Assembly (NCBI GenBank): GCA_000165425.1 | Contig: CT868607.1 | Location: forward strand, 62,001 to 126,000 | Source: Paramecium tetraurelia | Taxonomy: Eukaryota | Direction: 5' to 3' | DNA: 64,000 bases | Shown here: in pieces, positions 1 through 13,287 of the stretch | Position numbering within the stretch: the first letter of the stretch is position 1 | How the letters are laid out: every line of letters begins with the position of its first letter | Position numbers and translations under genes: made by a program | The notes under the pieces: generated by a model | What the model saw: only the letters and a program-made list of their open reading frames with translations | What the model was told of the DNA's origin: nothing | The model's database searches: none

Positions 1-490
1 TCTTATAATTTCATTTTCAACTGCACGATTTCCATACTCTGCTCCTAAATTAGTTTGTAATCCTTACCAGACCTTTATCTTATTTAAGTGATAGATCTGA
101 TCGTCCTAATTTTGATTCAAAACGTTTAGCATTCTTTCATAGGTGTAAATTTATTTCATCAAATTCTCGTTGTTCTGTTATAATTCCTATACACATTTAT
201 TTAGCCGATAAGTTTCTTCTTCATTTTTCAACAAAATATTAAAGACCTGCTCATTCTCATTGATTTTTTTAAGATTCTTCAGAAAATCGCACTAATTTTA
301 TAAATGCTCTATCTAACATTACTAAATTCAATACACGAACATCTTGAAGCACTATCCTATCCAAATATTTTGGGTAGTCCTACAATCGAAGAGTGTCCAT
401 CAAGTGATCACATATTTTGTTTATTTCCTAATTCTCTGCGATTTTCTTAATGGCCAAGATCCCACTTCTGATAATATCAGGAAAATTCAT
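1..490 (-). CDS. Hypothetical protein, coiled-coil-like; 3' end runs off the window
   Basis: Code 6 translation from ATG at 490 gives MNFPDIIRSGILAIKKIAENQEINKICDHL...; after one ~22-nt GT..AG intron the frame stays open to base 1. Confidence 0.6.
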
Positions 491-534
491 TAATTAATAA
501 TATTTAATATATCCAAATGTACGTATTATACTAT

Positions 535-1213
535 TCATTTCTTCTACTCTTTAGCATTCTTTCTCTTCTCTTTGACTCCAACGAATTTTGCATTGTACCA
601 TTCTTGTCTAAGTCTACGATATACGTTCTTGGCTCTGAGCTCCTTAGAAATTACTGTTGCTTTCTCTCTTCTGGGTGTTCTTTAGAAAGTGATAACCTAG
701 AAGTCATAAAATATAAAGTAATACTTCAGGATTAGTATTTTAAGTAACAGGTTAAGCAACAACTTCGTTTGCTGAATCTTTAACAACACCATTCTTTGGT
801 TTGCCTGCTACTCTTGGGAAGAGCACTAATTTAGACAAGTATGCTTTGACTCTTTTGACATTGGCAGCCAATTCCTCTTAACTGTTATTTCTACGTCTAT
901 GATCCACAGCGATTCCTACTGTTCTTGCAAATTAAGCATTGAGTCCAGCTTCCTTAAGCTCAATCAATGAGAATCCTCTTCCTAACTTTTACACTCCATT
1001 ATATTTAATTGTTTGTCCTCTCACTACTGGTCTAAGCAATTCAACAGGTCTTGGTGAGGCCCCTAAAATTCACATCAAATCATTACTTAATGCATTTGCT
1101 TGTCTTCTTTGTTGTCTTCTTCTTTTTGCAGCTGGTTAATTGTAGAAGGTCTTCACGAATCTTGTCCAGTGTTTACGCATGTGAGCATTAGGAAGTTGTT
1201 GATTGTGCTTCAT
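535..1213 (-). CDS. RPL13: 60S ribosomal protein L13 (eL13)
   Basis: MKHNQQLPNAHMRKHWTRFVKTFYNQP...GRGFSLIELKEAGL...RTVGIAVDHRRRN...YLSKLVLFPR are hallmark eL13 motifs. Two tiny introns (1063-1086 and ~698-725); TGA at 535-537. Confidence 0.97.
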
Positions 1214-1538
1214 TCAGAATTTATATTTAAATAAAAATATAGATTTTTAAACTCACATTAAAATTTCTCAAATTTATTAATCCCATGATGTTTGCAAATA
1301 ATCTTATTTATTATAACAACCATTGTAGATATCATTCTCTCTTAACATCATTATTAAACTTTTATTTCCCTAAGATTTTTGAATAATATTATTAGGATAT
1401 AATAAGTAGTGCATCCAATTCTACTTCCCCATCCCAATACATTTTCTTTGATAACTAAAATCTAATCAACTGAAAAAAAGATGTTAGAAATTTTAATGAA
1501 ATACAATCGATGATAAACTATTATTTTTATTAATAATT

Positions 1539-4500
1539 ATGAAAAGTAATCATCTAAATTCAGATATTTGTAATACTCTAGTTTATATAGAACAGAAGAA
1601 AAATTGGATACTGAAAATCAGGTGCATTCAGTTAGATCTCTTTTGAAAAGTTGTGATTAAGATCAGGAAGTCATCCTACACGATATTTAGAATTTTAGAT
1701 AATCAAAACAAAATGATCAAAAGGGTGTTATGAGTCTTCTATTTGACTAGAAAAACAAGTATGTTCTTTTTGGAATCATATTTTATAGACCTAATTACGC
1801 CTGTAATATAGGGCCTAGATTAAGAGATGCGAGTTTACAATCTAATAAAACAGTAATGAATCTCAAAGAGGAGAGCCCTATCCTTATTGAAAGTCAAATT
1901 TCTAATGATCATCCTGGGTTTAGCAATAAAATTTGGAAGGCAAAAGCCTTGGAGATCTTGATGTTAACTCTTAGGTTCATAAGCTTTATCACAAAATCGA
2001 ACTTTGCTACCAGTTTTAAATTAATCAACAAAAATGTTTTTGAAATAATAGGCGATGTGTCAGCTGACTTTTCATATTACTTATTAAAAAATTTCTTTAA
2101 ATACGAAGTAACATGTATGGATTTAATCTAATTTTAGAAACCCACAGGATTTTAAAAAGTAAAGCACTTTCTGAATTAAAATATATTGGTTCCAATACGT
2201 AGAACTAAAATGCTGAAGATCTACTGTTGGAATCAGAAACTAATAATGAGACCTGAGTCCTTGGCTTCAATTTGGTGGAATATATACATACTCACCATAT
2301 TGAATATTAACGTACTTTACGTATCAGCCAAAATTGCATTCAAATTCGATGAGCACTCCAATGATGTTTTTTATTAGGCCAGATAGATTATGTTCGATGT
2401 TTTACCATCTTATTCATTTATGCTTGAAATCATTTTGAAATTCAATACTTGTTATTACTATAAAGGAGCAGTAATTGAAAATCGATATCAAATTGCAAAA
2501 AACTATTTGCAATCATGTAAAATTGATTCCTATATCATAATAGCATTCTTCTTTGACATATTTGTGGTGATCCCCTACTTTATAAGTCTACGATTCAATT
2601 TGGAATACTTGGATCTAGTTATAATTTTGAAAGTGTTTTAAATAACCAAATTTTCAAGAACCCTTTTCGATAGATTAGAATTGACAGCAATTTAAATTGT
2701 TATAGTAGACATAGTCAAATTAGTATACACAATTTTAGCAGCAGCTCATTTTTCAGCCTGCATTTGGTTTTTAGTTGGATCTACTGGGAATCCCAATGAA
2801 GTATCTTGGGTCAAGGCTTAGAATATAGAAAATGAAGACTGGTTTAATCAATATTTGCATTCTTTTTACTGGAGTATCATTACAATGACTACCATCGGTT
2901 ATGGTGATATTACTCCATAGAATCTGAGAGAAAGAGTATTTGCAGTAGGAATGGCTTTATCGGCAGTGGGAGTTTTTGGTTACTCCATTGGCAATATCAA
3001 TTCAATCTATGCTGAATGGAGCAGATAAAGCTTTTAGATTAGAACTGATATGAATAACCTTAAAAAGTTTATTAGGATTAAGGGGATAAATAAACATTTG
3101 GCTGAGAAAATAAGAAAGTATTTTGAATACGTTTGGAGTGATCAAATGGAAGATAATGATAGAGAAGTTTACAAATTTAGTGAATTGATTCCAAAATAAT
3201 TGGCTGAAGAAATGAAAATAGATACTAATATGAAATTGATATCGAAGAATAGTTTCCTTGTGAACAATTTCAGCGAAGCATTTTTGATTTCCTTATCAAA
3301 AGCAATGGTGGAAGAGAAATTTGTACCCGAATCAATCATATATAAAGTATGATTTTTAAATATTCCTTAGTAAAATGACCCTAGTTAATATCTCTATATT
3401 TTATCTAATGGTGATCTCTCATTTTATATCACATTGAAAAACAAATAATAAACGATAAAGGTGTTGGAAACAGTAAAACATGAAGGATAAGCTTTTGGTG
3501 TTTTGGAATTCTTTTAATCTTAAGCTTATTAAATGTCATGTAAATCCAACTAATTTTCCTATGTATTAAAGATTGAAAGGTCTCAATTTATAGAATTAGC
3601 ATCTTAACATCAAAATGATTATGTAATATAACTCACTTATAAGATTAGTATAAATACTGTGAATTGGTTCAATAGATCTCATTTATGAACAGGTAAGAAT
3701 TAGTCGATGTTACATGTAGAGCCTGCAATAAATCAACACATGTTATTCTTGAATGCCCGTATTTATTGTAATTTATAGTGTATTAGTATGGTATGTGGTT
3801 ATCCAAATCGATCCAAAGTATTGCTAAATTATCGAAGATATATTCCTTCTGATAGAGTTAAATATGTGAGAAAATTGGAACCAAAAATTCAAACAAGAAG
3901 AGAATCATCAGACATTCAAAACAGTATCTATCTGTATATGTGCAAAACATAAATATTGTAGGATTAAATTGAGGAGTAAAATAATATTGCTGAAAGTGGA
4001 GATGGTATTATTTAAATTATATTAATTATTAAATAGGGACCAGTTGTATTGACGATGCTGACGACTAAATTCTTGAATATTCTTCTAAATTAAATAAAGA
4101 TGTCTAAAGAAATTCATTGCTTAATCCATCATTTTTATAGTAATCAAAATGTTAGCTGAAGAGGAAGCTATCATTTTAAGCTTGCACAGATGCATTAAAG
4201 GATGATGAAATTGTAAAATAACTGTTAAATTATATAGCGAGATAAAATCTTAGAAATAATTAATAAGATTTAGAGAGCAGAAAGATCTAATAAATATTTA
4301 AGTCGCTTCAATCAAGGACCCTAACAATTGTAACCGAATTTTAGATTCTAAAACCCATAAAACACTATACTTAGTAATAAGAGCATTTAAGATTCGGATA
4401 AGAAAATTGTCGAAAGAGGAGACCAATAGAAATTAACCAAATAAGTAGGGCCTCAAATAAAAGTTAATGAGTACTCGATTGATCACATATATACAAATAA

Positions 4501-4672
4501 GACTTTAGATGAAGATCCAGGGAAAAGGTTATGGTAGTATTCAGACATTTTTGAAGGGTTTGAGAAAGTTAGGAATTTCGAATATTTTCTGAGGCATAAT
4601 AATGCTAATGAAATTGCTCGATTATTTAGGATTATGACTAAAAATCATAGGAAACATAAATAAAATAAATGA
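1539..4672 (+). CDS. Voltage-gated-type K+ channel with cyclic-nucleotide-binding domain (EAG/CNG-like, ciliate-expanded family)
   Basis: Pore FYWSIITMTTIGYGDITP (~2865-2917), six-TM region, C-linker KIRKYFEYVW, cNMP domain (FGVLEFF) and CRACNKSTHVILECP. Several tiny introns. The start is uncertain because the ATG at 1539 is out of frame with the downstream ORF unless spliced. Confidence 0.9.
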
Positions 4673-4719
4673 ATATATAATATTAAATAAAATTTATTTT
4701 AATATGATTGTATAATTTA

Positions 4720-5549
4720 TCAATCTTTTGCTGCTCTATAAATTTTATTTGCTGCATCCTCCAACAAACCCAATAGTGATTCTTGAGATTCTTCTCTTAG
4801 TTTCTTTTCTTCTTCAATCTCACTCTTCACTCTAGAAACTAAGTCCTTAAGCATTTCAAAGATAGCCGTCTCGGATTCTTCTCTATGATAGATAGTCAAT
4901 GATCATTTATACCGTAGCTTCTTTTGATTGGTCAAACCCTCATTCAATCTTCTGATCTCTTCTCCAGATCTCCTCAATGTTCCATTATCATTATCTTCCC
5001 TATCTTATCCTTCAGTTTTCACCATATCATACAACTTAGGCAAATCATTTTCTAATGATGTAGTAATATTCTCAATTTATTCCGATCTGATTTTACCCTC
5101 TGTCTGAATATCAGATTTCAAGTAGACAACCTATGTTCTAATAAATTCCTCATATTACTTTCTCATCCAAATACCCTTGCAATTTTAGGTTTCCATCTCT
5201 TCTTATAGCTATTTCTTATTCCAATTTAGTTGTTATTCTGCTTTCAAATGCAGCAATCTCACGAACTCTTTACTCGAACTATGTTTCAAAAGCATTATTT
5301 TCTTCTTCAATTTGCTTTTGAAGTCTCACTATTTCATCTTTCAAAGAATGCTTAAAATCATTAATAAACTATTACTAGTTTTCTACTATAAGATGTAATT
5401 GTATCCTGAATTCTCTCCTCTACTGCTGTGACTCTAGAATTAATTGTATCAATTCTATGAGCTTTAGAAGTATCATGTTGAAGAGGAATGGAATTCAATT
5501 TCTCTTGAATTTTCAAGAAGCGCTCATTGAAAGGGGTATTTGGATTCAT
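4720..5549 (-). CDS. SF-assemblin/beta-giardin-like striated-fibre coiled-coil protein
   Basis: About 260 aa of coiled coil, ending REESETAIFEMLKDLVSRVKSEIEEEKKLREESQESLLGLLEDAANKI, which resembles the SF-assemblin C-terminus. Confidence 0.7.
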
Positions 5550-5714
5550 TTATTTTAACAAATTTATTAAACTAAATTAGTGAGCAATTATTAATCAAAG
5601 CAAATGTCTCATTGAAATTGCAATCTCATAAAAGTACAAACCTGATATCCATAGTTGAAATTATTTAAGAATAAAATTTGGCAAATTTAGAATAATCTAA
5701 AATTAAATTAAAAT

Positions 5715-7291
5715 TCATTGTTTTTTCTTAGGTCTGTTTGGGCTAGCACTAGAATTCATTTACTTTCTATACCTAAAATTAATTTTAGAAATGCATTGTT
5801 ACATATCAACTCCCTTTTATTAAAGAAGTCCATATTTCTTAGATAATGGCAGATCATCAAAGTTCTCCTCAAAGATTGAGTCTCTCCATCCAATTGTTTC
5901 AGTATTGCAATTTTGTGCTTTTTATTATGCTGACTCCGAAGTCTTCCTCTGCTCCTATAAAAATTCCTTAGGCGCACTATCTATACTCGCTTTAACATCT
6001 ATGCCCAACTGAGATGCTTAATATTTTGGCCTTATCGAATTGTATGTACTCAGCATTAAACTGCCAGATACGATACTTGGCTATTAGGACGAATCTTGTC
6101 TTTTTAGAGCATGAACTTGTAACTAATTTGATTGAGGAGGAGCTAAGAATTGATTATTACTCATTCTAATCAGATTTAAATGGATTTATACTATCTGATC
6201 AGGTTGCTTCCTTGTTTATCTATTGATTTTTTCATCTCACCAGTAGTGGATGGAAGTTATAATTATTAATTTAAAGTAGTGGATCTTTGCATGATGTCAG
6301 AATGAACACTCTATGAAATTTTCATTGGCTATTACTAATCCCAATCATACGAGTAGTCCAACTAAATACCCAAATTTTCTGCTGCTTTTTCAAACTACTA
6401 TTAAATCAAGTTGTAATTTGGCTCACTCAAATATTGTAATTGTTTAAGATACCTAAATCATTATTGAATTTCAATACTCAAGTATGATTGCAAATTCTAT
6501 TGGTGCATCCTTACATAATTCCCTAGGATCGATGGACATCTTCATTTCTCCAACTTTTGCTGTCCTCTCCTCATCGCTGACATTCTACATATTTTGCCAT
6601 GGTAACTGCCTAGACTTTTTATTATTCACAATTCATTACCCTTTTATGAAGTACAGCAAAACATAGATCAGAGATTCAATATCATCTTTTCTACTCAACT
6701 CAAAGCCTTTATGTGCTGCTATGGAAGCGTATCGAGTTGTCCCAATGAAAGATGTGTTGTCACGAAAAGGACTAATTAAATTATTCAAATTTACTGAATA
6801 TTTCCATTTTTATCTCGAAATATTTTACTTATTCCAAAATCAACCACATAAATTTTAGAAGATTCATCATCAATTCCAAATAACACATTTTCAGGCTTCA
6901 AATCTCGATGAACAACTCCTTTATTGTGAATTCTCTCCAAAACCTTTACAATTTAAATTCCTAATTGGATAGATGTTTTAAATGAAAATTTCTTTTTGCT
7001 CTTCACATAATGAGATAAGTCCTTTCCCAAAATTTGCATAACAATAACATTAAAATCGTCCTACTCACCATGCCAATATATTTTAGGAACTCCTTCAATT
7101 CCATTTAACCTCTCCAAAACTTGAACCTCCCTCTCCAAAGAACGCACATCCTCATTCTCTTCCTTCTCTATTTTTATTGCCACATCGATATTTTTATCTT
7201 TATCATGTCCAAATAGAACCACCCCAAAAGAGCCAGACGATATCTTCTTCTATACCACATATTTTCCATTAAATATTGAGGCTGTCTGCAT
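5715..7291 (-). CDS. Casein kinase 1-family protein kinase (divergent) with C-terminal tail
   Basis: [51 protein letters not shown]. Confidence 0.9.
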
Positions 7292-7594
7292 GAATTAATA
7301 TTATTAATTATTTATTTATATTATTAACTCACCCCATCTTTACTCTCCAGATCTTTACTTATTACAATGCATCAAAATTGGAATTGAAAATTTATTATTT
7401 GTTCCATTTTTAATGAAATTACTCACTTAAACTATTTATAAATGAAAATTTCAAGCAAAATATTTTTTCAGTAAAGATTTCCATTAATTAAATCAATTAA
7501 TATTCATATCCACTACTAATATTCATTAAGAGATTTTATAAATGCCTCATTTAATTTATTAAATTATTATTATTATTATTATTTTATTTTACTC

Positions 7595-8002
7595 ATGTCT
7601 GAAATAATCCCTCACGTGTATTTGTCATCAATTGTTTATGCCAAAGATTAAAATTGGCTAAGCAAAAACAAAATCTCAAATATTCTAATTATCGGAGACT
7701 TGCCTGAGTATTTTCCTTCCAAATATTCTTATAAATGCATTTCGATAGAGGACAAACCAGAAACCAACATACGGTTACACTTTGAAGAGTGTATCGAATA
7801 TATTGACTCAATTATTGCCCAAGATAAAAATATTTTAGTTCATTGTTATGGTGGTTAGAGCAGATCAGTGACAATCATAACAGCCTACATTATTAGAAAA
7901 TTAAGACTCAATTCGTTAAGAGCCTTAAATTATGTAAAATAAAAGCATGCCAGAGCTGAACCTAATTAAGGGTTCTTAGATCAACTGAAGACATTTGTAT
8001 GA
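7595..8002 (+). CDS. Small atypical dual-specificity phosphatase (135 aa)
   Basis: Intronless code-6 ORF with ILVHCYGGQSRSVTIITAYI (HCx5R), an IED acid loop and AEPNQGFLDQL. Confidence 0.92.
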
Positions 8003-8315
8003 CATTTATAAAAATATTGTACTCTTATTATATTACACTTTTTGCATATCCCAAAAATCATTCAATTTTCTAATATTTACACACTTCAAGAAAACTATTG
8101 GCTCATTACTTAATTTTTTTGTTTTATATGATACAGTTTTTTGATTAAAATTTAATGAATATAAACAAAATCAACATATTTTTAATAAGGAAATTAATAG
8201 AAAAGTACAAATCTCTGTTTTAATAATACTATTTGATTAAGGGTTTTTCTTTTTTGAAGAAGTTTCAAAACATTTACATTAGATTAATATATATTTAATA
8301 ACATAAATACATTGT

Positions 8316-10092
8316 TCATTAATGTTGTGGGAAATCTTGCTTTAAAATCGCTACTATTTCATCAAAATTTCTAAATAAATATCTCAATATTACTTAACTA
8401 TTTGATTTTGGGAACTGATGAGAGCTCTATTCTATTTTAGATATGTTGATAAGATCTAATCCTTTAATCTGATCAAATCAGTAATACATGAATTATCTAA
8501 TTAGAACTCTGAATTTTGGATTAAATTAGCCTTCTTAACTATTTTTTGTTAGTTATTCTATTTATTTCTATTATTGATATTGTTGCAATAACTATTTGAC
8601 CCACTATTTAGATTACTAAATTTAGTGTAATCGATATGGGATGATTTCATTGGATTGTGTAGAGATTGCTCTTTGTAAACCATGGGCGAAGATTTCACTT
8701 GAGTAGAAGTGTGCATTTTCATCGTTTGAGGACGCAGAGCATACGAATTCTGGTTTTTTTTAGGAACATTTTTGTCTATAGCAATTTTTTTGACATCAAA
8801 ACTTTCTTCATAAGTAAATAGAATACATTATTCTTTAATACTCTTTGCATGAGGACGTGTTGTGCTTGGGGTTTTATTTTTATTTTAATTGATTTTGTTG
8901 GATTGAATCCCATGCTATTAATCTCCTTCTTCTGTAAATAACAGATCTTCTTCTATAATAATATGCGGCCGATTTGATTGCCTTCCTTGGCTTTCAAATT
9001 GAGAAACCAGGTTAGATTATAACAAATTGCTTGGCTAAACATTATTTGAACTTGAATTGAGGGATGATGAATTTTTTTGCTGTATCCATGAAGCCACCAA
9101 ATTTTCGACCTTCTGATTCTGGGAACTCAAATTCAACTATCGAAATTAATTTAGAAGTGTTTACTGATTTTTCCACAGAATATGATTATGCTTATTGTCT
9201 TTGCCTACTGTTTTCTATGGACAGTTTAATTGATCGCTCATTATTTAATTATCGATCACTGGATAAATTTCGAGAACGCGAAGATACTTGAGGCATCCTG
9301 CTCATTAAAGATTCCAACTCTTCAAATTATGTTGATTAACGCTAAGAAAATAACATTATTTTTAAGAAAATTATATAATCTAAGCATTCATCAAAAGATG
9401 TCCATGAATTAAATTAATTCATCTTATTTGCCAAAAAGAATTTCTACTTTCTGGTTCCTTGAGATTCATAGAATGCGAAGTCTAAGTAAGATCAATTATT
9501 TACTTAGTTTATTCCAAAATTTACTTGATATTAAATGCCTATTTCTATATACCTAGATCACTTCCAATCCTTTTAACATTGTAAAACCCTATGAATTTCA
9601 TTTTTCATATTATTTAATATTTGACAAACCTAGAATTATTGATATTGATTTGCTTTGGTACTTAATTGTTAGCTTTTTGAGTTCAAGAAACTATCTAAAT
9701 TGAAGTATTTTTATCAGTTCTTTTATTTACATTTAATATCATAATAGATTATTTGACAAAAAATCTCATTTTCATATTTTCTAATATTAAAGATTTTATT
9801 GAGAAACTTGAAGTACACTATTTTAAGCATTCCAATTGTTATTTTTGACAGAATTAATCAATTATTCTAATTTTATATTTGATTAAGTGTTGTTGATCAA
9901 TATTTGTAATTCCTTCACTTAATTAAAAAGGTTTTTTGACTTGTTTCTAATTCTAATTCAAATCATCTCTTCTATTATTAAAATGGTTTTAATAAAATCT
10001 AATATTATTTAGCTGGATATTCTTAAATACTATTGTGAATGTCTTCTCACATTAAAATTAGTTGCTGATTGATTTGGCTAATAAAAGTTCAT
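8316..10092 (-). CDS. Hypothetical Q/N-rich coiled-coil protein
   Basis: Long code-6 frames joined by GT..AG mini-introns, ending NFDEIVAILKQDFPQHQ-TGA. No recognised domain; 5' exon structure uncertain. Confidence 0.55.
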
Positions 10093-10292
10093 GATATTAT
10101 TCAAATTTATTATAACAAATAGATTATTAATTAATATAAATAAAACATTTTTCAAAGCAAGTCTTGAGAGCTTTACATTAATAATGCACTCTAGATCAAA
10201 AATATTTAAATTTGTATCATTTATTAGATAGCTTGATAGATATCAATAATTTAAAGAATTGATAAACTAATTGCAAGATAAAAATAATCATT

Positions 10293-11487
10293 TCATAATT
10301 TCCATTCTTTAGAAATATAATCTAAAGAAACTCTTAGGTTAGTTAAGATTCTCTTTTCATTCTCAATTTCCTATATATAATCATCAACAAAATATATTTT
10401 TGCATAGAGATTAGTAATATCACTCATCAAAGCTACCCAAATTAATATTGGCAATTCGTCATCCATAGCAATTATTTCTTCTTTTTAATTGCATTCAAAA
10501 GCAACTCCTCTAATCAGAACAAGTACATATTAAAATTATTTCAACATTTCAGTTGGAGTTTTGTAGAGATTAATCAATTTTAATTCATTTATTGCTTCAA
10601 AATATGGTATATCAGCATTCGGTAAATAATGGTTTTTAATTTCTAATGATTTTATTAAATCTTCTTTCGAATATTTTTCTCTCAATTGCATTTTCTTTAA
10701 ATCCACTTAATTTTATCTTTCTTGAAACTTTTCAATATAATGATTCATCATTTGATCATAAATTTTATTGAAGATGAATCTCTCAATAGTAAAAATGTGA
10801 AATTAACTGACTTATTGTTATTTGACTAATAATGGTTCTCTCTTAATATTTTCATGCTCCTTTTCAATCAAATTATAAATTTATTTCATAGTTATTTGAT
10901 CTGGTATTACAATTTTATCTTACAGATATTTATATATCATAGCAACACTTAAACTATCTAAATGAAAAGGATTGAATCTTGAATCTTCATGTCTAATGTA
11001 AATTTATACTTACATAATTTCATCTATATGGGAAAGATGTTAATTTTTATCTGAAAATTAATAAATTGCATTTCCTATCCTCTTCATAATACTATCATTT
11101 ATTTCAGAGTCCTTTATATGAATGATTTTATACTCCTTTTAAAGACTTTATCAATAGTGAGTTCTGATTCTCTAATTTTATAAGAATTATGCAATATTTA
11201 TTTTCGCTTTTACAGATTAAATAGCCTAGTTTTTTAAGCAGTGTCAATTTCTGTTTATGCATCACTATCATTTATTGGTTTGTTTTGAAAACACAAGTAA
11301 AAGGATCAATTTAAGTCTCAATTGATTAAAAAATGTCTAAAATTCGATCTGAGTTAATTTGAATGTGATATTCTTGCTGGGTATCTTCCTTATCCCATAA
11401 AGCTTCCGACTCAATCTCAGTATTCTTATCTTAAAACTAGATTACATTAACCGGAGAATGATCATCTGATTCAGAGTGCTATAACAT
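10293..11487 (-). CDS. VPS9-domain protein (putative Rab5-family GEF)
   Basis: C-terminal IAMDDELPILIWVALMSDITNLYAKIYFVDDYI...ILTNLRVSLDYI matches the VPS9 ADD-LP motif and the following helices. Confidence 0.75.
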
Positions 11488-11519
11488 TCCTTTAAATTAA
11501 AATACAAATTATTATGTAT

Positions 11520-13214
11520 TCATTAACAAGTGCCCTTAGAACAAATTGATACAACAGAAATGCAGAATCCCTAGAATACGCTGATCCCTTCATGTAATTC
11601 TAAGTGAAATGTGTGTCTATTTAATTTTCCATGACACAGATAGATGTGTTATTCTTTACTGTTGTCTTCCTTTTTTTGTAATACGAAATTTCTGGTTGAC
11701 GGCGTTAGTGCAATATCTTTTAATTTCAATTTAAAGGAACCTTTCTACTCATCATAGTGCGGTTCTTAAGTTATGATCTCTTAGGAATAATACAAAAATT
11801 ATTACCATCATATTAATTTGTATTGATGTTGAAGCATTTCACATCAAATAATCTTGGTTTGTCGTATCTTTTATCTGAAAAGTAATCAAAAATTAACATT
11901 CTCCTTTTTTTCCTTCCCACCCATTAAGGAAAGCTATTTTCCATGTACTCTGGATAGCCATCATCAAAAACAATAAATTCCTTGCCTTAATTCTTAAACT
12001 CAATCAGTCCTAAGTAATTATCATTATATTTTATGAACTTCTCTTAGTACTCTTAGAAAATAAGAATATCCCCTGAAATCTCATATTACACTGCTACTAA
12101 AACAGTTTACTACTCATTATTCTTGAGATAGTAAATATGGGGGAAATCTGATTATTCTCTTCCTTCTGGACAATCCAAATTTCTATAAACAGTGAATGAT
12201 TTCTTTTCATTAATGGGTTTGTAATATTAAAATAGAGCTGATTCTTATTATTTAAAAATAGGATAAAGGATGGTTGAGTTAATTTTAAAAATGTGCAATT
12301 GAGTTATTAATTTAATAAAATTGGGTTTTTCAACTTACAATTGTTTTGGCTTCATTCCATTTTAAACTATCTTTTGCAAATAATTGTCATAGGTTTCCTT
12401 CAATAACCCTTTGCTAAAATAATACAAGTGCTTAATAAGTCTAGTTAATGATTATAAACGATACTTATAAAAATAGTGTTATTTTTTGGATTCATATTGA
12501 ACAGTGATAAGTAACAATTTGATAGCATTTTCCAATGTGATGTTTTCAAAGAGTAATTCAAAAATGGCTTCTTCAATTTGACTATCCTCAAAATAATAAT
12601 TGAAATAAATACTTGGAATACAAGACTGCTAATAAGAAAACCAAATAAATGTTTACTATCCATAGATCGAAGCGATTTGGCAAATTCTTCACTATTATTT
12701 TTGATTTTAGACAACTTAAAAAACTATCTGATGTCATATTCGTTTGGAATACGTATTCCATTAGCCGAACAGATGGGCAACTAAATTTATACGATTGAAG
12801 TATACTTTTATCACATCAGACTTTTCAATATAATTCGACTTTAGCAGTTTAGAACATTCAATAAATGTCCTTTCTATATATGTTATAATTTCTTTTTTGA
12901 TACAATCAGAAAGGTCTTATTATTCTATTTTTTATTTTCATTCTTTACCAACTACGTCATCCTTTTCTACAAATTAAGCTTCGTTATCGGAGCATATTAT
13001 TTTTTCTTTAGTTGCTATAGTCTATCAATTTAAGTTGAATAGTTACTTCATTAATGAAGGTGCAAATGACAATGACCTTAACAAAATCAGGATTATTCGA
13101 ATCATCTTGAATAGTTGAATCAATATTTTAGATTTGATCTTTGAACAGACTTTAATGAAATCTTTCCTCCCTCTATTGTTAATATTTTTTTATTTCGCTA
13201 AGATTGTTTTGCAT
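11520..13214 (-). CDS. Tubby C-terminal domain protein
   Basis: NYLGLIEFKNQGKEFIVFDDG, EPHYDEQKGSFKL, PSTRNFVL, HGKLNRHTFHL and VFQGFCISVVSICSKGTCQ-stop align with the Tubby domain through to its C-terminal ACE-like end. Confidence 0.75.
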
Positions 13215-13287
13215 GCTACTTAGAAATTTTAAATTACAAAAATTTTGTTTTGATTGATTCTGATTTATTCGTTTTTATTATTAAACA

